Assembly (NCBI RefSeq): GCF_001194135.2
Contig: NC_068990.1
Coordinates: 57,125,579-57,171,380 of the forward strand
Direction of reading: 5' to 3'
DNA: 45,802 nt
DNA from: Octopus bimaculoides
Taxonomy: Eukaryota
Both the position numbers and the translations under genes were made by a program. The notes beneath the pieces are model-generated. The model saw only the letters and a program-made list of their open reading frames with translations, was not told where the DNA came from and ran no database searches. Shown here one piece after another: positions 11,239 through 22,098 of the stretch (its first letter is position 1; every line of letters starts with the position of its first letter).

Positions 11239-11589
11239 TTTTTGTGATATTTCTGCTGCTTCTAGTAAAGCATATTATTCTACTTTTGGTATCTGAGTAC
11301 TCTTTTTTCCACCTTGTTTCTCATTCATGTGCTTACTCCAGTGTATCTATCTATCTATCTATATATATATATGTATATGTATATATATGATGGTCAGTGG
11401 CTCAACACACACAAACACACATATACATACACAAGGAATATAATACATAAAAAGGAATATAAAAAGATAAATAAATATATAAACACACACACACAAATAA
11501 AATATTAAAAATTTTATATGTAATTTAAAAATATAAATAAATGAAAATATATAAACACTTTATATATATACATATGTACATACATGCGT

Positions 11590-11797
11590 GTGCATGTGTG
11601 TATGTCTATGTGTATGCCTTTGTGCTTGTGTTGTGTTTGTCCTACACTACCACCTGATAGCTGGTTGGTTTGTTTACAGCTATAACCCAGCAGCTTGGCA
11701 AAAAATATCGATAGAATAAATGCCAGACTTTAAATATAAGTAACCTGGAACCATGTGGCTGGGAAAAAAACTTCTTGCTACACGGCCACGCCTGTGC
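11590..11797. mobile_element. SINE family B fragments (plus-strand body, minus-strand head)
   Basis: Similarity to family B body at 11600-11740 and to the reverse-complemented head at 11741-11797. Confidence 0.6.
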
Positions 11798-12199
11798 TTA
11801 TATATATTTTACATACACTCACTATTGAATTTGAGATAAGTTAGATTACAATAAATAAAATTCAACTAACAACTACATTTCCATTATAGTTGTATTCAAT
11901 GTGAAATGACACTGTTCATAGTCTGTTGAGAACCCTTGTCATGTAGAAAGAGATGAAGGTGGATTCTTAAAACTGATGCAATCTTCTCGCCAAGAATTTT
12001 CAGATGGAATAAAAAGCAACGATTGAGAATGGACATTTTTGTGTTCCTGTTTTTGTCTTCTTTTTCTTTTTTTATTTATTGTAGAATTTGTAATGTCCTT
12101 TTGAAAAACATGATTACTACTTGCTTATGAGTAATATATGCAAAATGGTACATGTATTACATCATGTTTCTACATGGAATATTTAAATTGTAAGATGAA

Positions 12200-12520
12200 G
12201 AGTCATGACTTAGTGGTTAGGATATTCGGGTCACTATCATGAGGTCATGTGTTCAATACCTGACAGTGCGCCATGTCCTTAAGCAAGACTCTTTATTTCA
12301 TGTTGCTTCAGTCCACTCAGTTGGCAAAAATGAGTAAAACCTGTATTTCAAAGTGCCAACCTTGTCACACTCTGAGTTACACTGAATTTCTCTGAGAACT
12401 ATGTTAATGGTATGCATGTCTGTAGAGTGTTCAACCACTTGCACATTAATTTCACAAGCTGGCTCTTCCATTGACTGGATCAATTTGAACTCTCATTGTC
12501 ATAACCCACAGAGTACCTGT
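12200..12520 (+). mobile_element. tRNA/CORE-type SINE (family D)
   Basis: TTAGTGGTTAGG A-box, GTGTTCAATACC B-box, GTCCTTAAGCAAGAC core; body shared with 44680-44880. Confidence 0.75.
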
Positions 12521-13420
12521 TATTTAATTCTGAACTAATTTGGCTCACAATATAAAAAGAATAAGTGCAATGATACTGTGAGTAAGTAACTTTTAATGTA
12601 CCTACTGCTGTAAAACAAAGATTTAAGGATATATACACCAAAGCTAAATAACTGAAAATTAAATTTTTCCTTAACTTGAATCCATCCATGGCTCTCATGT
12701 ACACAAAACAATGTAAAATGACACTATAAATCTATTTTCCAATTATCCTTTTTTTTTTCTCCTTGTGCTTTGGTTTAATAGAATATTGATTGATTTATAA
12801 GTCTCATCTGCATTCAAGAATTACCATTTAAGATTCATTCCTTGCTATTTTCACCAATAAAATTCTAGAGTGTTCTTTTGAGACTGATTACATAGTTTCA
12901 TATTCAATCTTGAATGGAAAATATTTGAAATAAATCTCTCTGTTGTGTGAATTCTTTTATGGTTGTTTAAACAAACAGTGAAGAATTACGATATCAGCTG
13001 AACTGCCACAGTTGAGTGCGGAAGCCAAGACCAACACAGCTGACACGTTGAAGACATCGAGTTATTTAAAGATCAAAGATCTTAGCCATAGTTTCATGTA
13101 GTCCATTAGTCTTATCTGCTTAAATGTCACGATTGGCTATATGATCAACCAACTAACTCCGCTATTATTAGCTATGAGGTTATCATTTGTCATATATATT
13201 TCTATCAATATCAGTCAGGTGGAAATTTTTATGTTAAATCTATTGATCACTTTTATCACTAGATGGACATTCCTTGCAACGATTACATACTTGGGCTAAT
13301 TGTTTTTGTAATATACACTAAGAATTAACTGAACATGGAATCATTATATTTTGTGGAAAAGCTGTATACTTGCAGTTCAACTTTATACTTCCTTACGCTA
13401 ATGAACCCCCCCCCCCAGCT

Positions 13421-13451
<31 letters not shown>

Positions 13452-13454
13452 AAT

Positions 13455-13489
<35 letters not shown>

Positions 13490-13720
13490 CATATCCATAC
13501 ACATATACCTGCGTTCACGTGTGTGTATGTGTGTAAAAGTACTGATGTGATAGCTATATTTTGCTTTGTTGCGATAATATGTATAGATTTTTAGTCAACA
13601 TTGTATGCTCTGACAAATGCAGTCATAGTGTGTGTATAAACAATATATTCATGGACAAAAAAAAAGATGGAACAACTGTATATGATGACTATTTCATAAA
13701 TGTGTGAATATACATACATA

Positions 13721-13742
13721 CATGCAGACATACATACATACA

Positions 13743-13828
<86 letters not shown>

Positions 13829-13845
13829 TGTATGTATGTATATAC
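13721..13845. repeat. (TACA)n/(TA)n microsatellite
   Basis: Direct reading. Confidence 0.97.
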
Positions 13846-14645
13846 ATATTACATTTTACATGTAAAGATAATGTAAATTAATGACACTTACACATTACAT
13901 TCACAAAATAAAATTCTCTTAAAATAGCATAATGCCATTTAAATAAATATCAAAGAAATCTTCAATTATATTTATTTCTTCATGATTTCGTTTCAAATAA
14001 CTGTCATTTTAACATGATACGACTTAAGTATTTTGCTTGATTGAACTTCTGCCTCTTCAGAAGGGCACTTTTATGATTTAATGTGAGTGTTTTAAGAAGG
14101 ATTACATGTCTTTTTGCCAATTACAAGACCTTTGTAAACCCTGCAATGACTCTTTATTAAAATCATTGCACAGAAAATTCAGCTGCTGAATGGCAGCACA
14201 TTTGAAAATGCATTAATCAAAAGCTTTGTTAGTTCAGAAGATCATTGCAAGATCTTCTGAAAACAAAACAAGATGTACTTATTTTCCAATTGAAAGAAAG
14301 AAGATGAAGCAAGTTTAACCTGTTTGAGAGCTGCTTTAGAAGAATTTCAGCACCAACCCAGCACCCCTACTGCTTACATCAATAGATTAATAAGCAGATT
14401 CCTTTTGGATAATACTGCCCAACACATGATATTCATTTTAGGTTATGCTATTGACGATGACCCTAACCCATTCTGGCCACTTTTCTTTATGTAGTTCCAG
14501 TATGTTGGCAGATGTTCAATACTGTTGACCATTCTTGCACCAACCATTTGGCCAGTGGCCATAACACATCTTTCATCTACTAGATCAACCAGTCAATGAT
14601 GCGATTATTTTTTTTTTCCCCCCTTTCTCCCTATTTTATATTTAG

Positions 14646-14822
14646 ACGTTGATGTAAAAGATGATAAGGAAAAGCATGTAGAAAATGAAAGGAAGATGGA
14701 CATAGCCCAGCATAAAATAATGACTTTTGTGACAAAAGCCCTCACTTAATATTTTCTTCATGTTGAGAGTTTCAAATCACTAAGAAACTTAGAAACAGTA
14801 ATTTTGGTACACAAGTAAAAAC
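14646..14822 (+). other. possible exon (strong acceptor and GTAAGT donor) with 33-codon frame VDVKDDKEKHVENERKMDIAQHKIMTFVTKALT*
   Basis: Long pyrimidine tract ending TTTAG at 14645; donor at 14823; stop at 14747-14749. Confidence 0.3.
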
Positions 14823-14943
14823 GTAAGTTTTTACTATAACTCTATGAGAATAGAATGTTCAACGATTATTCATTGTGATAATTACACTAAAACTTATATA
14901 CCTAAGGACATATGGTATATATATATGTATGTATCTATCTATA

Positions 14944-15012
<69 letters not shown>

Positions 15013-15825
15013 TAGTGACAAATACTTTTGAATTATACTGTATTTTCCAGTATAGTATACAGTGTAAACATTCAAACATCATCACTATCATCCCAAATCC
15101 TGCCGCAATTCACATGGAGTTTTCAGTCCTCCAAAGTTGTTTTGGTGTGTAAGTCAAACTACCTTTTACTAGTTGTAAATTTTAGCCATAAAAATTCAAC
15201 TTGTATGCTGGAAAATATGGTATGTGAGATACAATGCCAAAATGAATAGGTATGAGAATGATAGCATGTCTGTCATGAGTTTCTTGTTTGCAGAAGTGCA
15301 TATTGTCTATACCAGCATAATATTTAGCTTCAATTTACTAAGTTTTAATATCTCTATAAGAAATCATATGTTAATGAATTAGTCTGAAGGGAAGAGTAGA
15401 TTCTAGTCATAAGGCCATAGAATAGTTAACTTAAGATAATTTAAATAACTCCAATACCCTGGTGAGATTTTAAGGACATAGCTTGGCATCAACTTAATGA
15501 TATTAAGTAGGTGAAATATAAATCTTTTCTTGAATATGATCTCAAGCTATCTCGAGTGACATTGTCAGATGACTTGATATATATTCCTAATAGCTAGGAG
15601 CACTTGAATATGTAGAAAAATTTGCCTTATCTAAAAATACCACGAAATTCCTGCAATGAAACTGAACTTACAAGCTGTCAATCCACTACTATGTTCACAC
15701 AGCTATTACAATTCTACAAACATTTAGACGGGTATGATAAATACCATCAGTATCTAAGTTGATATTTAGTGGGACTGTATTGAGAGTAAGCTATGGAATA
15801 TCCCATTTTGGGATATATTTATATA

Positions 15826-16737
15826 TGTGGTCTGATCAAGAAGTATCTGGACTGTTGCCATAGTAACAAAGCTCAATCACACAGTGTGAAGCTGCTTGGT
15901 ACAGATTGACCTCGAACTCTGCTGTGCATGTGCACTAAGTTTCATTGTTCTAGCTTACTTCCGTTGTTTATAGCAGTGCTTGGAAGGAAGGTGTGAGCAG
16001 AGAATCTGCATCAGATTTTCCCAAAAGCTTGGCAATACCTGCTCAGAGACCTATGCATAGTTTTCAAAAAGTTTTCATCGTTCTTGATAGAATCAAGGAG
16101 ATCTTGTGCAACTGAAACCTGAGTGTCATTTTGGTCAGCTGAAAGCAGTTTTGGCACAGACTTGGCAGACATGCATCTCATACCCAAATCTTCAGNNNNN
16201 NNNNNTTGGTCAGCTGAAAGCAGTTTTGGCACAGACTTGGCAGACATGCATCTCATACCCAAATCTTCAGTGATAATGGACTGAACTGAACCATAACTAA
16301 TCTGCATATGCTCTGATAACTCACACATGGTGATTTGATGATTTCCTTTCACAGCTGCCTGCACATCTGTGATGTTTTTCTCAGTTCTGCTGGTTGCAGG
16401 TCTCCCAGAACGTTTGTCAATATCGACATCTTTCAGCAATCTTGGGAACGTCTGAACCATTTGTACATGTGTGCATCTCATACACTTTCTGCAACTTTGT
16501 ATAGGCCTCTGAGCAGGTATCGTCATGAACACCTTTCTCTGGCATGGTCAATGTGATGATCACATGCTACACACTTTCCTTCCAAGCACTGTTGTAAACA
16601 GTGGAAGTGAGCTAGAACATTAAAACTTAGTGTGCATATGCAACAGAGTTCAAGGCCAATCCTTGCCAAGCAGCTTCACTCTGTGTGCTTTAGCTTCGTT
16701 ACTATGGCAAGAGTCCAGATATTTATTGATCAGACCT

Positions 16738-16739
<2 letters not shown>
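15826..16739 (-). mobile_element. internally deleted mariner element with long (~170 bp) inverted termini
   Basis: TA on both flanks. GGTCTGATCAA termini extend into inverted arms at about 15826-16000 / 16568-16739. ORF 16011-16532 has mariner motifs D..RSGRP, I...LGMR..SAK.VPKLL and stops before the catalytic domain. Confidence 0.9.
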
Positions 16740-16770
<31 letters not shown>

Positions 16771-17227
16771 ATATATTACTAGATGAGAATAATAGAGCAT
16801 AAGTTATTGCAGAAACTATAGAAAATGTATCACAATATGAGTTTTAAAAGTAAAAAAAGTGAGTGAAACAAGGGTTTATGCAGGTACCACATAGAACTGT
16901 CAAAATCTTTGGAGAAGCAAGTTTAATGTCTTCCTTCAATTACAGACGTAATTATAAACAAATACTTGGTTTTCATTTTATAAATCCTTTACACCTTTTT
17001 ACTTTGACCAAACATAGAAACAAATATTATAAGAACTAATTTGGGTCACTAAAAAAGTTGACAAGTTTTATAGATAAGACTTGCTCTCTGTAATCTTTCC
17101 TTATTGGATGACTATTCTATGAATTACATTCGGAATTTAAAGTTAATAAATCAAGTTCAGTCAAGAGTGTTGATTGGTAAAATTACCAGTGTCGGATGAG
17201 ATGCCATGCAGCATCTGTTCTGACTGT

Positions 17228-17323
17228 TTATGTTCGAAGTTGAATTCTATATCCTATTACATGTCTCCTCATGACAGGAAGTGTGGTCTTTGGAATTGGC
17301 TGATAGTAATAGGTCTCTAATGT
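17228..17323 (-). CDS. candidate terminal exon TLETYYYQPIPKTTLPVMRRHVIGYRIQLRT*
   Basis: CTTTATCAG acceptor; in phase with exon 17394-17455 across a 70-nt GT-AG intron. Confidence 0.35.
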   Translation of the reverse strand, partial: TLETYYYQPIPKTTLPVMRRHVIGYRIQLRT

Positions 17324-17393
17324 CTGATAAAGCAGGTGTTTTTCCTAAGCACCATTTTGTTCTTTAATATGCAAATGCAGACCCTTCACTTAC

Positions 17394-17455
17394 AGTGAGA
17401 TAAGCACCAAGACAAAAATATATTTTTCTTCTTTGTTTTAATTTTGCTATTTTAG
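17394..17455 (-). CDS. candidate exon KIAKLKQRRKIYFCLGAYLT
   Basis: Strong acceptor TTCTTTGTTTATTTTTCAG, donor GTAAGT, open frame. Confidence 0.4.
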
Positions 17456-17599
17456 CTGAAAAATAAACAAAGAACATTTATAAGTTCAAATTTGGGAATA
17501 TTGACCAGCAGGTACTCTCCAGTGTAAATAGTAACACCATCACTAAGTCTGTTGCTCATTTACTTTTTTACATTAGTACTGTTAATACCTGTTACCATT

Positions 17600-18262
17600 T
17601 AGGGCAGTGCGTTTGCAGAACTGTTAACATGCTAGGCAAAATGCTTAGCAGCATTTTGTCCATCTTTACATCCAGAGTTCAAATTCTGCTGAGGTCTACT
17701 TTGCCTTTCATCCTTTTGGGGTTGATGAAATAAGTACCAATTGAGTACTGGGGTTGATGAAATAAGTATTGATTGAGTACTGGGTTGATGTAATCATCTT
17801 ACCCCAGCCCCATGTGCCAAAGTTTGAAACTAATATATTGAATTAACCTAAGGCAGCAAGCTGGCAGAAACATTAGTATGCCAGGGGAAATGCATAGTGG
17901 TATTTTGCCTATCTTTACATTCTGAGTTCAAATTCTGCCCAGGTCAACTTTGCCTTTCATTCTTTCAGGGTCGATAAATTAAGTACCAGTTGTGTACTGG
18001 GGTTGACCTAATCGACTGGCTCCCTCCCCAAAGATTTCGGGCTTTGTGCTTAGAGTAGAAAAGAATTGTCAGCATGCTGAGCAAAATGCTTAGTGGCAAT
18101 TTGCCAGTGTTCATATTCTTAGTTTAAATTCTGCTGAAGTAGACTTTGCCTTTCATCCTTTCGAGGCTCAATACAATAAGTTCCAGTTGAGCACTGGGAT
18201 GGATGTAGTCAGATTAACCCATCCTCTGTAACTGCTGGCCTTGTACCAAATTTTGAAACCAT
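17600..18262 (+). mobile_element. three tandem family A SINE copies
   Basis: B-box/central block recurs at about 17676, 17923 and 18121. Confidence 0.85.
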
Positions 18263-18909
18263 TATCTAATGCTATTGACATGAAAATTACAGCTAGTAAG
18301 TGATGCTGGTTAATTATATTTTGCATAAAGTTAACTCATTCCAGCCTTTAGATCTTATAAATAAATTTGAAAATGCAGCCACTGAAGATGATGTGCAACT
18401 GGTAGCTGAAGTATTAGAGGTCTGCATCTTATGCCCAGCATAGCATATTGTCATTGGACAAGACACTTAACTGTCTTCTTAGCTGCCAAGAGGTGCCTTG
18501 GAATATTTACAGCCAATTTAGGGAAGCTCTTTCAGTTCTGTACTGTAAGATAAGTGTACTGTTAAAAAAAAGTGCTGAATTCTGATCCTTCTTAAAGACT
18601 TTGCAAGTGGTGATAGTTTGGTAGTTGATAATAGTAGTGTGTAGTTTAGGGAAGTAGTAAGAGGTGGTGGTAGTTAGCAATAACTTGTGGATCAATGTCT
18701 TCCAGCTCTGATCAACCCACTTTTCCATTCACTTTTATATCCATAACTATATTGTCCAAAATGTCATTCTATCTAAATACAACAAATTGCAAATTGAAGG
18801 AGATTTAGCTGTTATTCCTAGTAGGTTAAAAGACTAGTGAAAACTCCTCATTGGTTTGTGGTAGTCAGTAGTAATGATAACAAGTGATTATAATGCTGGT
18901 AGTTAGTGG

Positions 18910-19175
18910 GCATAGTGAAGAATGCTAACCTCTACTAGATGTCTCCTCTATACTGCTTATCAGCCCAAATTAAAAAGTTAGTAATCACAAGATTCTTCTA
19001 AACCTACCATTACAACAAAAAACTCATGGATGACTAAGCAATTCTTTGAAGATTGGTTTCTGAATAGTTTTGTTCACTGGGTAAAGGAATATAGTAATAA
19101 AGAGAAAATTGCATTCAAAATCTTATAAATTTCAGATAATGCTGCAAATCATCTAGAACATCTCAGCAATTCATA
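18910..19175 (+). pseudogene. pogo/Tigger DDE_1 transposase fragment
   Basis: KNSWMTKQFFEDWFLNSFVHWVKEY...AFKIL*ISDNAANH matches the pogo KAWMT...WF...F...LLILDNAPGH motif. Confidence 0.8.
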
Positions 19176-19489
19176 ACATTTGAACTCACAAAAACACAAA
19201 ACAGGCACACACACATACACGTACAAAAAATAGCAAAATATAAATTTAAATTTTTATGTGTTCTTAAAAGGCTACAATTACTTTCGTGCTATGTAATTAC
19301 TTAAGTTTTAACACAGGCCCAGATCAAATCATTATCAAACAAACATAACACCTAATTTATTTAGTGAAAAGGATACAATTTACAAAAGTAAACAGAAAGA
19401 AAATAATGAAAAAAAAATAGAGTAAAGAAAAATACCAGTGAATAAATAAATGAAATAAGGAGGCATTCATATCGTTGTTGTCATTGTCA

Positions 19490-19800
19490 TCATCATCATC
19501 AAATGTGTATTTTCCATGCTGGCATGGGTTGGATGGTTTGACAGGAGCTGGCGAGTCAGAGGGTCGCACCTGGTTCCAGTTTCTTTTTTGCATGGGTTTC
19601 TATAGATAGATGTGCTTACTAATGTCAACTACTTCACAGTGTATTGGGTGCTTTTTACGTGGCACCAGCACAAGAACTTTTATGTGGTGCTGGCATGGGT
19701 GCTCTTTTACATGACACTAGCTTGGGTGCTTTTTATGTGGTGCCAACATGGGTGCTTTTTATGTGGCACCAGCACTCACAGGATTGCCAAGTAGCTTGCA
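19490..19800 (-). mobile_element. RTE-tail SINE with internal ~26-bp tandem repeat
   Basis: (CAT)n then TTTCCATGCTGGCATGGGTTGGA; GGGTGCTTTTTA.GTGG unit repeated about 4-5 times at 19645-19775. Confidence 0.7.
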
Positions 19801-19879
19801 AGACAAGGAACTCTCAGCTGAGAGAGGAAGAGGCTCTCAATTGTAAATTAAAATTGTTGAATTGCTGTGGTTGAGCGTT

Positions 19880-20095
19880 ATCTAAAACTTAAAAAATTTT
19901 GAATGTAATTCACTTCTTAGGACCATTCTTCTTTCCCTGGTGAACAAAACTATTCAGGAACCAACCTTCAGCGACTCAATTAGTCATCCATGCTTTTCAC
20001 TTATGTTGGTTGGTGGCAAAATGTTTGTGATTGCTAACATTCTTGAAAGCATGTGGGTTTTCCCAGTGATTAAAAAAGAAGTGGCTTCAGATTGA
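19880..20095 (-). pseudogene. second pogo/Tigger DDE_1 fragment, inverted relative to 18910-19175
   Basis: LKPLLF...ENPHAFKNVSNH...KAWMTN...GWFLNSFVH...FKIF*VLDN. Confidence 0.8.
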
Positions 20096-20096
20096 C

Positions 20097-20262
20097 CCTT
20101 TGGCATTTAAACCTACCATATCTGGCCCAAATATTTTACTTGCTTATGTTCGATTGGCTAGAGTCAGACTCTCATATCTACCCTACAATGTCATTTTAAA
20201 AATAAACAATCACATCATTGAAATCATGGAACTATGAGATAATGCAGGATTAATTCAAATAA
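20097..20262. mobile_element. truncated copy of TTAA-type MITE
   Basis: Homologous to 21355-21551 (CCCTTTGGCATTTAA...GGCCCAAATATT...CATCATTGAAAT...TATGAGAT...ATTAATTCAAA). Confidence 0.65.
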
Positions 20263-20377
20263 AACAGCCCTACATCTCCTTTACCTGCAGCTTATCTGCG
20301 TATTCAGCCACCAAGATATAAAACAAATTTCATGTTATAGTTTTGATTTTTCTTTTTGATATATATTTTCATATATT

Positions 20378-20555
20378 TTGAAGGCACAAGCATGGATATG
20401 TGGTTAAGAAGTTTACTTTCCAACCACATGATTTCAGGTTCAAATCTATAGGGGGGCACTTTGAGCAGGTGTCTTCTGTTTTAGTTAAAGGCCAACCAAA
20501 GCATTGCGTGTGGACTTGGCAGATGGGAATTGAAATAAGCCCATCATATATTTCT
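20378..20555 (+). mobile_element. SINE family B 5' part
   Basis: GTGGTTAAGAAG A-box, GGTTCAAATCT B-box, CTTTGAGCAGGTGTCTTC core. Confidence 0.75.
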
Positions 20556-21206
20556 ATATAGAAGTCAGTCGAACAAAGGGGAGAAGTGCCAATCAAGGCC
20601 TATAAGAGGTGAAATTCAGGTGTAACATTAGCTCCAAGTGGAGATTGACAAAGAGGGACACATGACTATCTGCTAAGATCAAAGTATATGTGTGTGCGTA
20701 TGTGTGTTTGTAATGCATGTGTAAGAGTATGTTTATATGTGTCATTTTCATGGTAAATGAAAAATGGTTTTTGACAACTGTTCTTTGATTCTTATTTCAA
20801 ACAAATTTTTCCATTATGAGCAATGCTTTTTCCTTTGCTGAGGCACCATCTTCAAGTGCTGTTAGTTGATCAAGTCGTTCCCTTGCTTATTTTAGGCTGG
20901 TACATATTTTATCTATTTATCAAATGGCTAAGTTATCTTCTAATGCTTTAGACAGGTGTACATGAACATAGACTCACAAACACATGCAAACTCACATATG
21001 TCAGCTTTCCACAGAGTTTCTTTCTGCCAAATTCAACAGAACATTTGTCAAGCTAAGGCTAATAAAGAAGACATGAAATTAAACCCAGAGCCACATGGTT
21101 GAAAATAGTCTTCTTAAGAAAATTGTAACATTACAAATAATATATACGGCTATTGTTTGTTTAATGCATAGGGATGCTTACAAAATATCATTGTAAAATT
21201 ACTCAC

Positions 21207-21272
21207 AATAAAAACAACTGTAACAAAAGTATGAAGCAACTGCAACCAACCATAATGATTTGAGTAATGATA
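21207..21272 (-). CDS. weak candidate exon YHYSNHYGWLQLLHTFVTVVFI
   Basis: GTGAGT donor; A-rich weak acceptor; phase 0-0. Confidence 0.2.
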
Positions 21273-21354
21273 CTGTTTTGTAGAATTAGCGTCTCTGCAT
21301 TAGGTTACTTGGGTGTTGTGTCAAGTGTTTGAAATTCTTTTCAAAGGAGTTTAA

Positions 21355-21551
21355 CCATTTAGCATTTAATCTGGCTATAACAGGCCCAAATATTCTACCA
21401 GATCTGGCTAAGCTTCTCATACCTACCCAACAACGTTATTCTAAAAATGATCAATCCCATCATTGAAATATTGAAGCTATGAGATATTGCATAATTAATT
21501 CAAACCAATGTGGATAAATATGCATTACAGAGTTATCTGAATACTAAAGGA
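21355..21551. mobile_element. TTAA-flanked (piggyBac-type) MITE
   Basis: TTAA at 21351-21354 and 21552-21555; termini CCATTTAGCATT and AATACTAAAGGA are imperfect inverted repeats. Confidence 0.65.
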
Positions 21552-21664
21552 TTAAGGAACGAAAATCACTGCTAGGCACCGATAGTAAATTTTTCATTCT
21601 TGAAAGAATATGAATCAGACCCACATTTTCCTGCAGATATTGAAATGAAATTTCTGTGTAATAT

Positions 21665-21870
21665 TGGTTTCAAATGTTGGCACAACGCCAGCAAGTTTGG
21701 GGGAGGGGATAAGTCGATAGCATCGACCCCAGTGCTCAGCTGGTACTTAATTTATTGACCCTGAAAGGATGAAAGGCAAAGTCGGCCTTGGAAGAATTTG
21801 AACACAGAACTTAAAGACGGACAGAATGCCACTAAGCATTTTGCTAATGATTCTGCAAGCTCGCTGCCAT
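21665..21870 (-). mobile_element. SINE family A
   Basis: GACCCTGAAAGGATGAAAGGCAAAGTCGGCC...GAATTTGAAC block. Confidence 0.85.
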
Positions 21871-21977
21871 TTCTGTGTAATATTATTAGCTGTGTAGTAT
21901 CAAGTGCTTGAAGTTGATTCTAAGAGTTTAAGGAATCAGAAAATCTGTAAGGACTCTTTTGTAGAGTTCAGTCTTAC

Positions 21978-22098
21978 AAAGATTTGGATTGGGTTCATAT
22001 TTTCTGCATACATTGAGTTGAAATATTCAGGCTGTGCATCAATTTTTACCTGTTTTGGAAGTGCAAAGGCCATTGGCACTAGAGCCTCTGAGAGAAAT
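21978..22098 (-). CDS. candidate exon FLSEALVPMAFALPKQVKIDAQPEYFNSMYAENMNPIQIF
   Basis: ATTCTGCCTTGTCAG acceptor, GTAAGA donor, 121 nt open, balanced composition in AT-rich context. Confidence 0.4.

Larger units (their letters stand above)
11137..11342. mobile_element. small fold-back element with two hammerhead-like motifs
   Basis: Arms 11137-11203 and 11206-11270 are reverse complements; a unique tail runs to 11342; TA-rich tracts on both sides. Confidence 0.7.

Noticed and set aside
16132-16269. Apparent 65-bp tandem duplication in the mariner ORF
   Set aside because: Identical sequence either side of a 10-N gap; an unmerged contig overlap. The same applies at 37218-37286.
20790-20890. 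Minus-strand frame ARERLDQLTALEDGASAKEKALLIMEKFV*
   Set aside because: Protein-like, but the acceptor is purine-rich and the donor weak; cannot be placed in a gene model.
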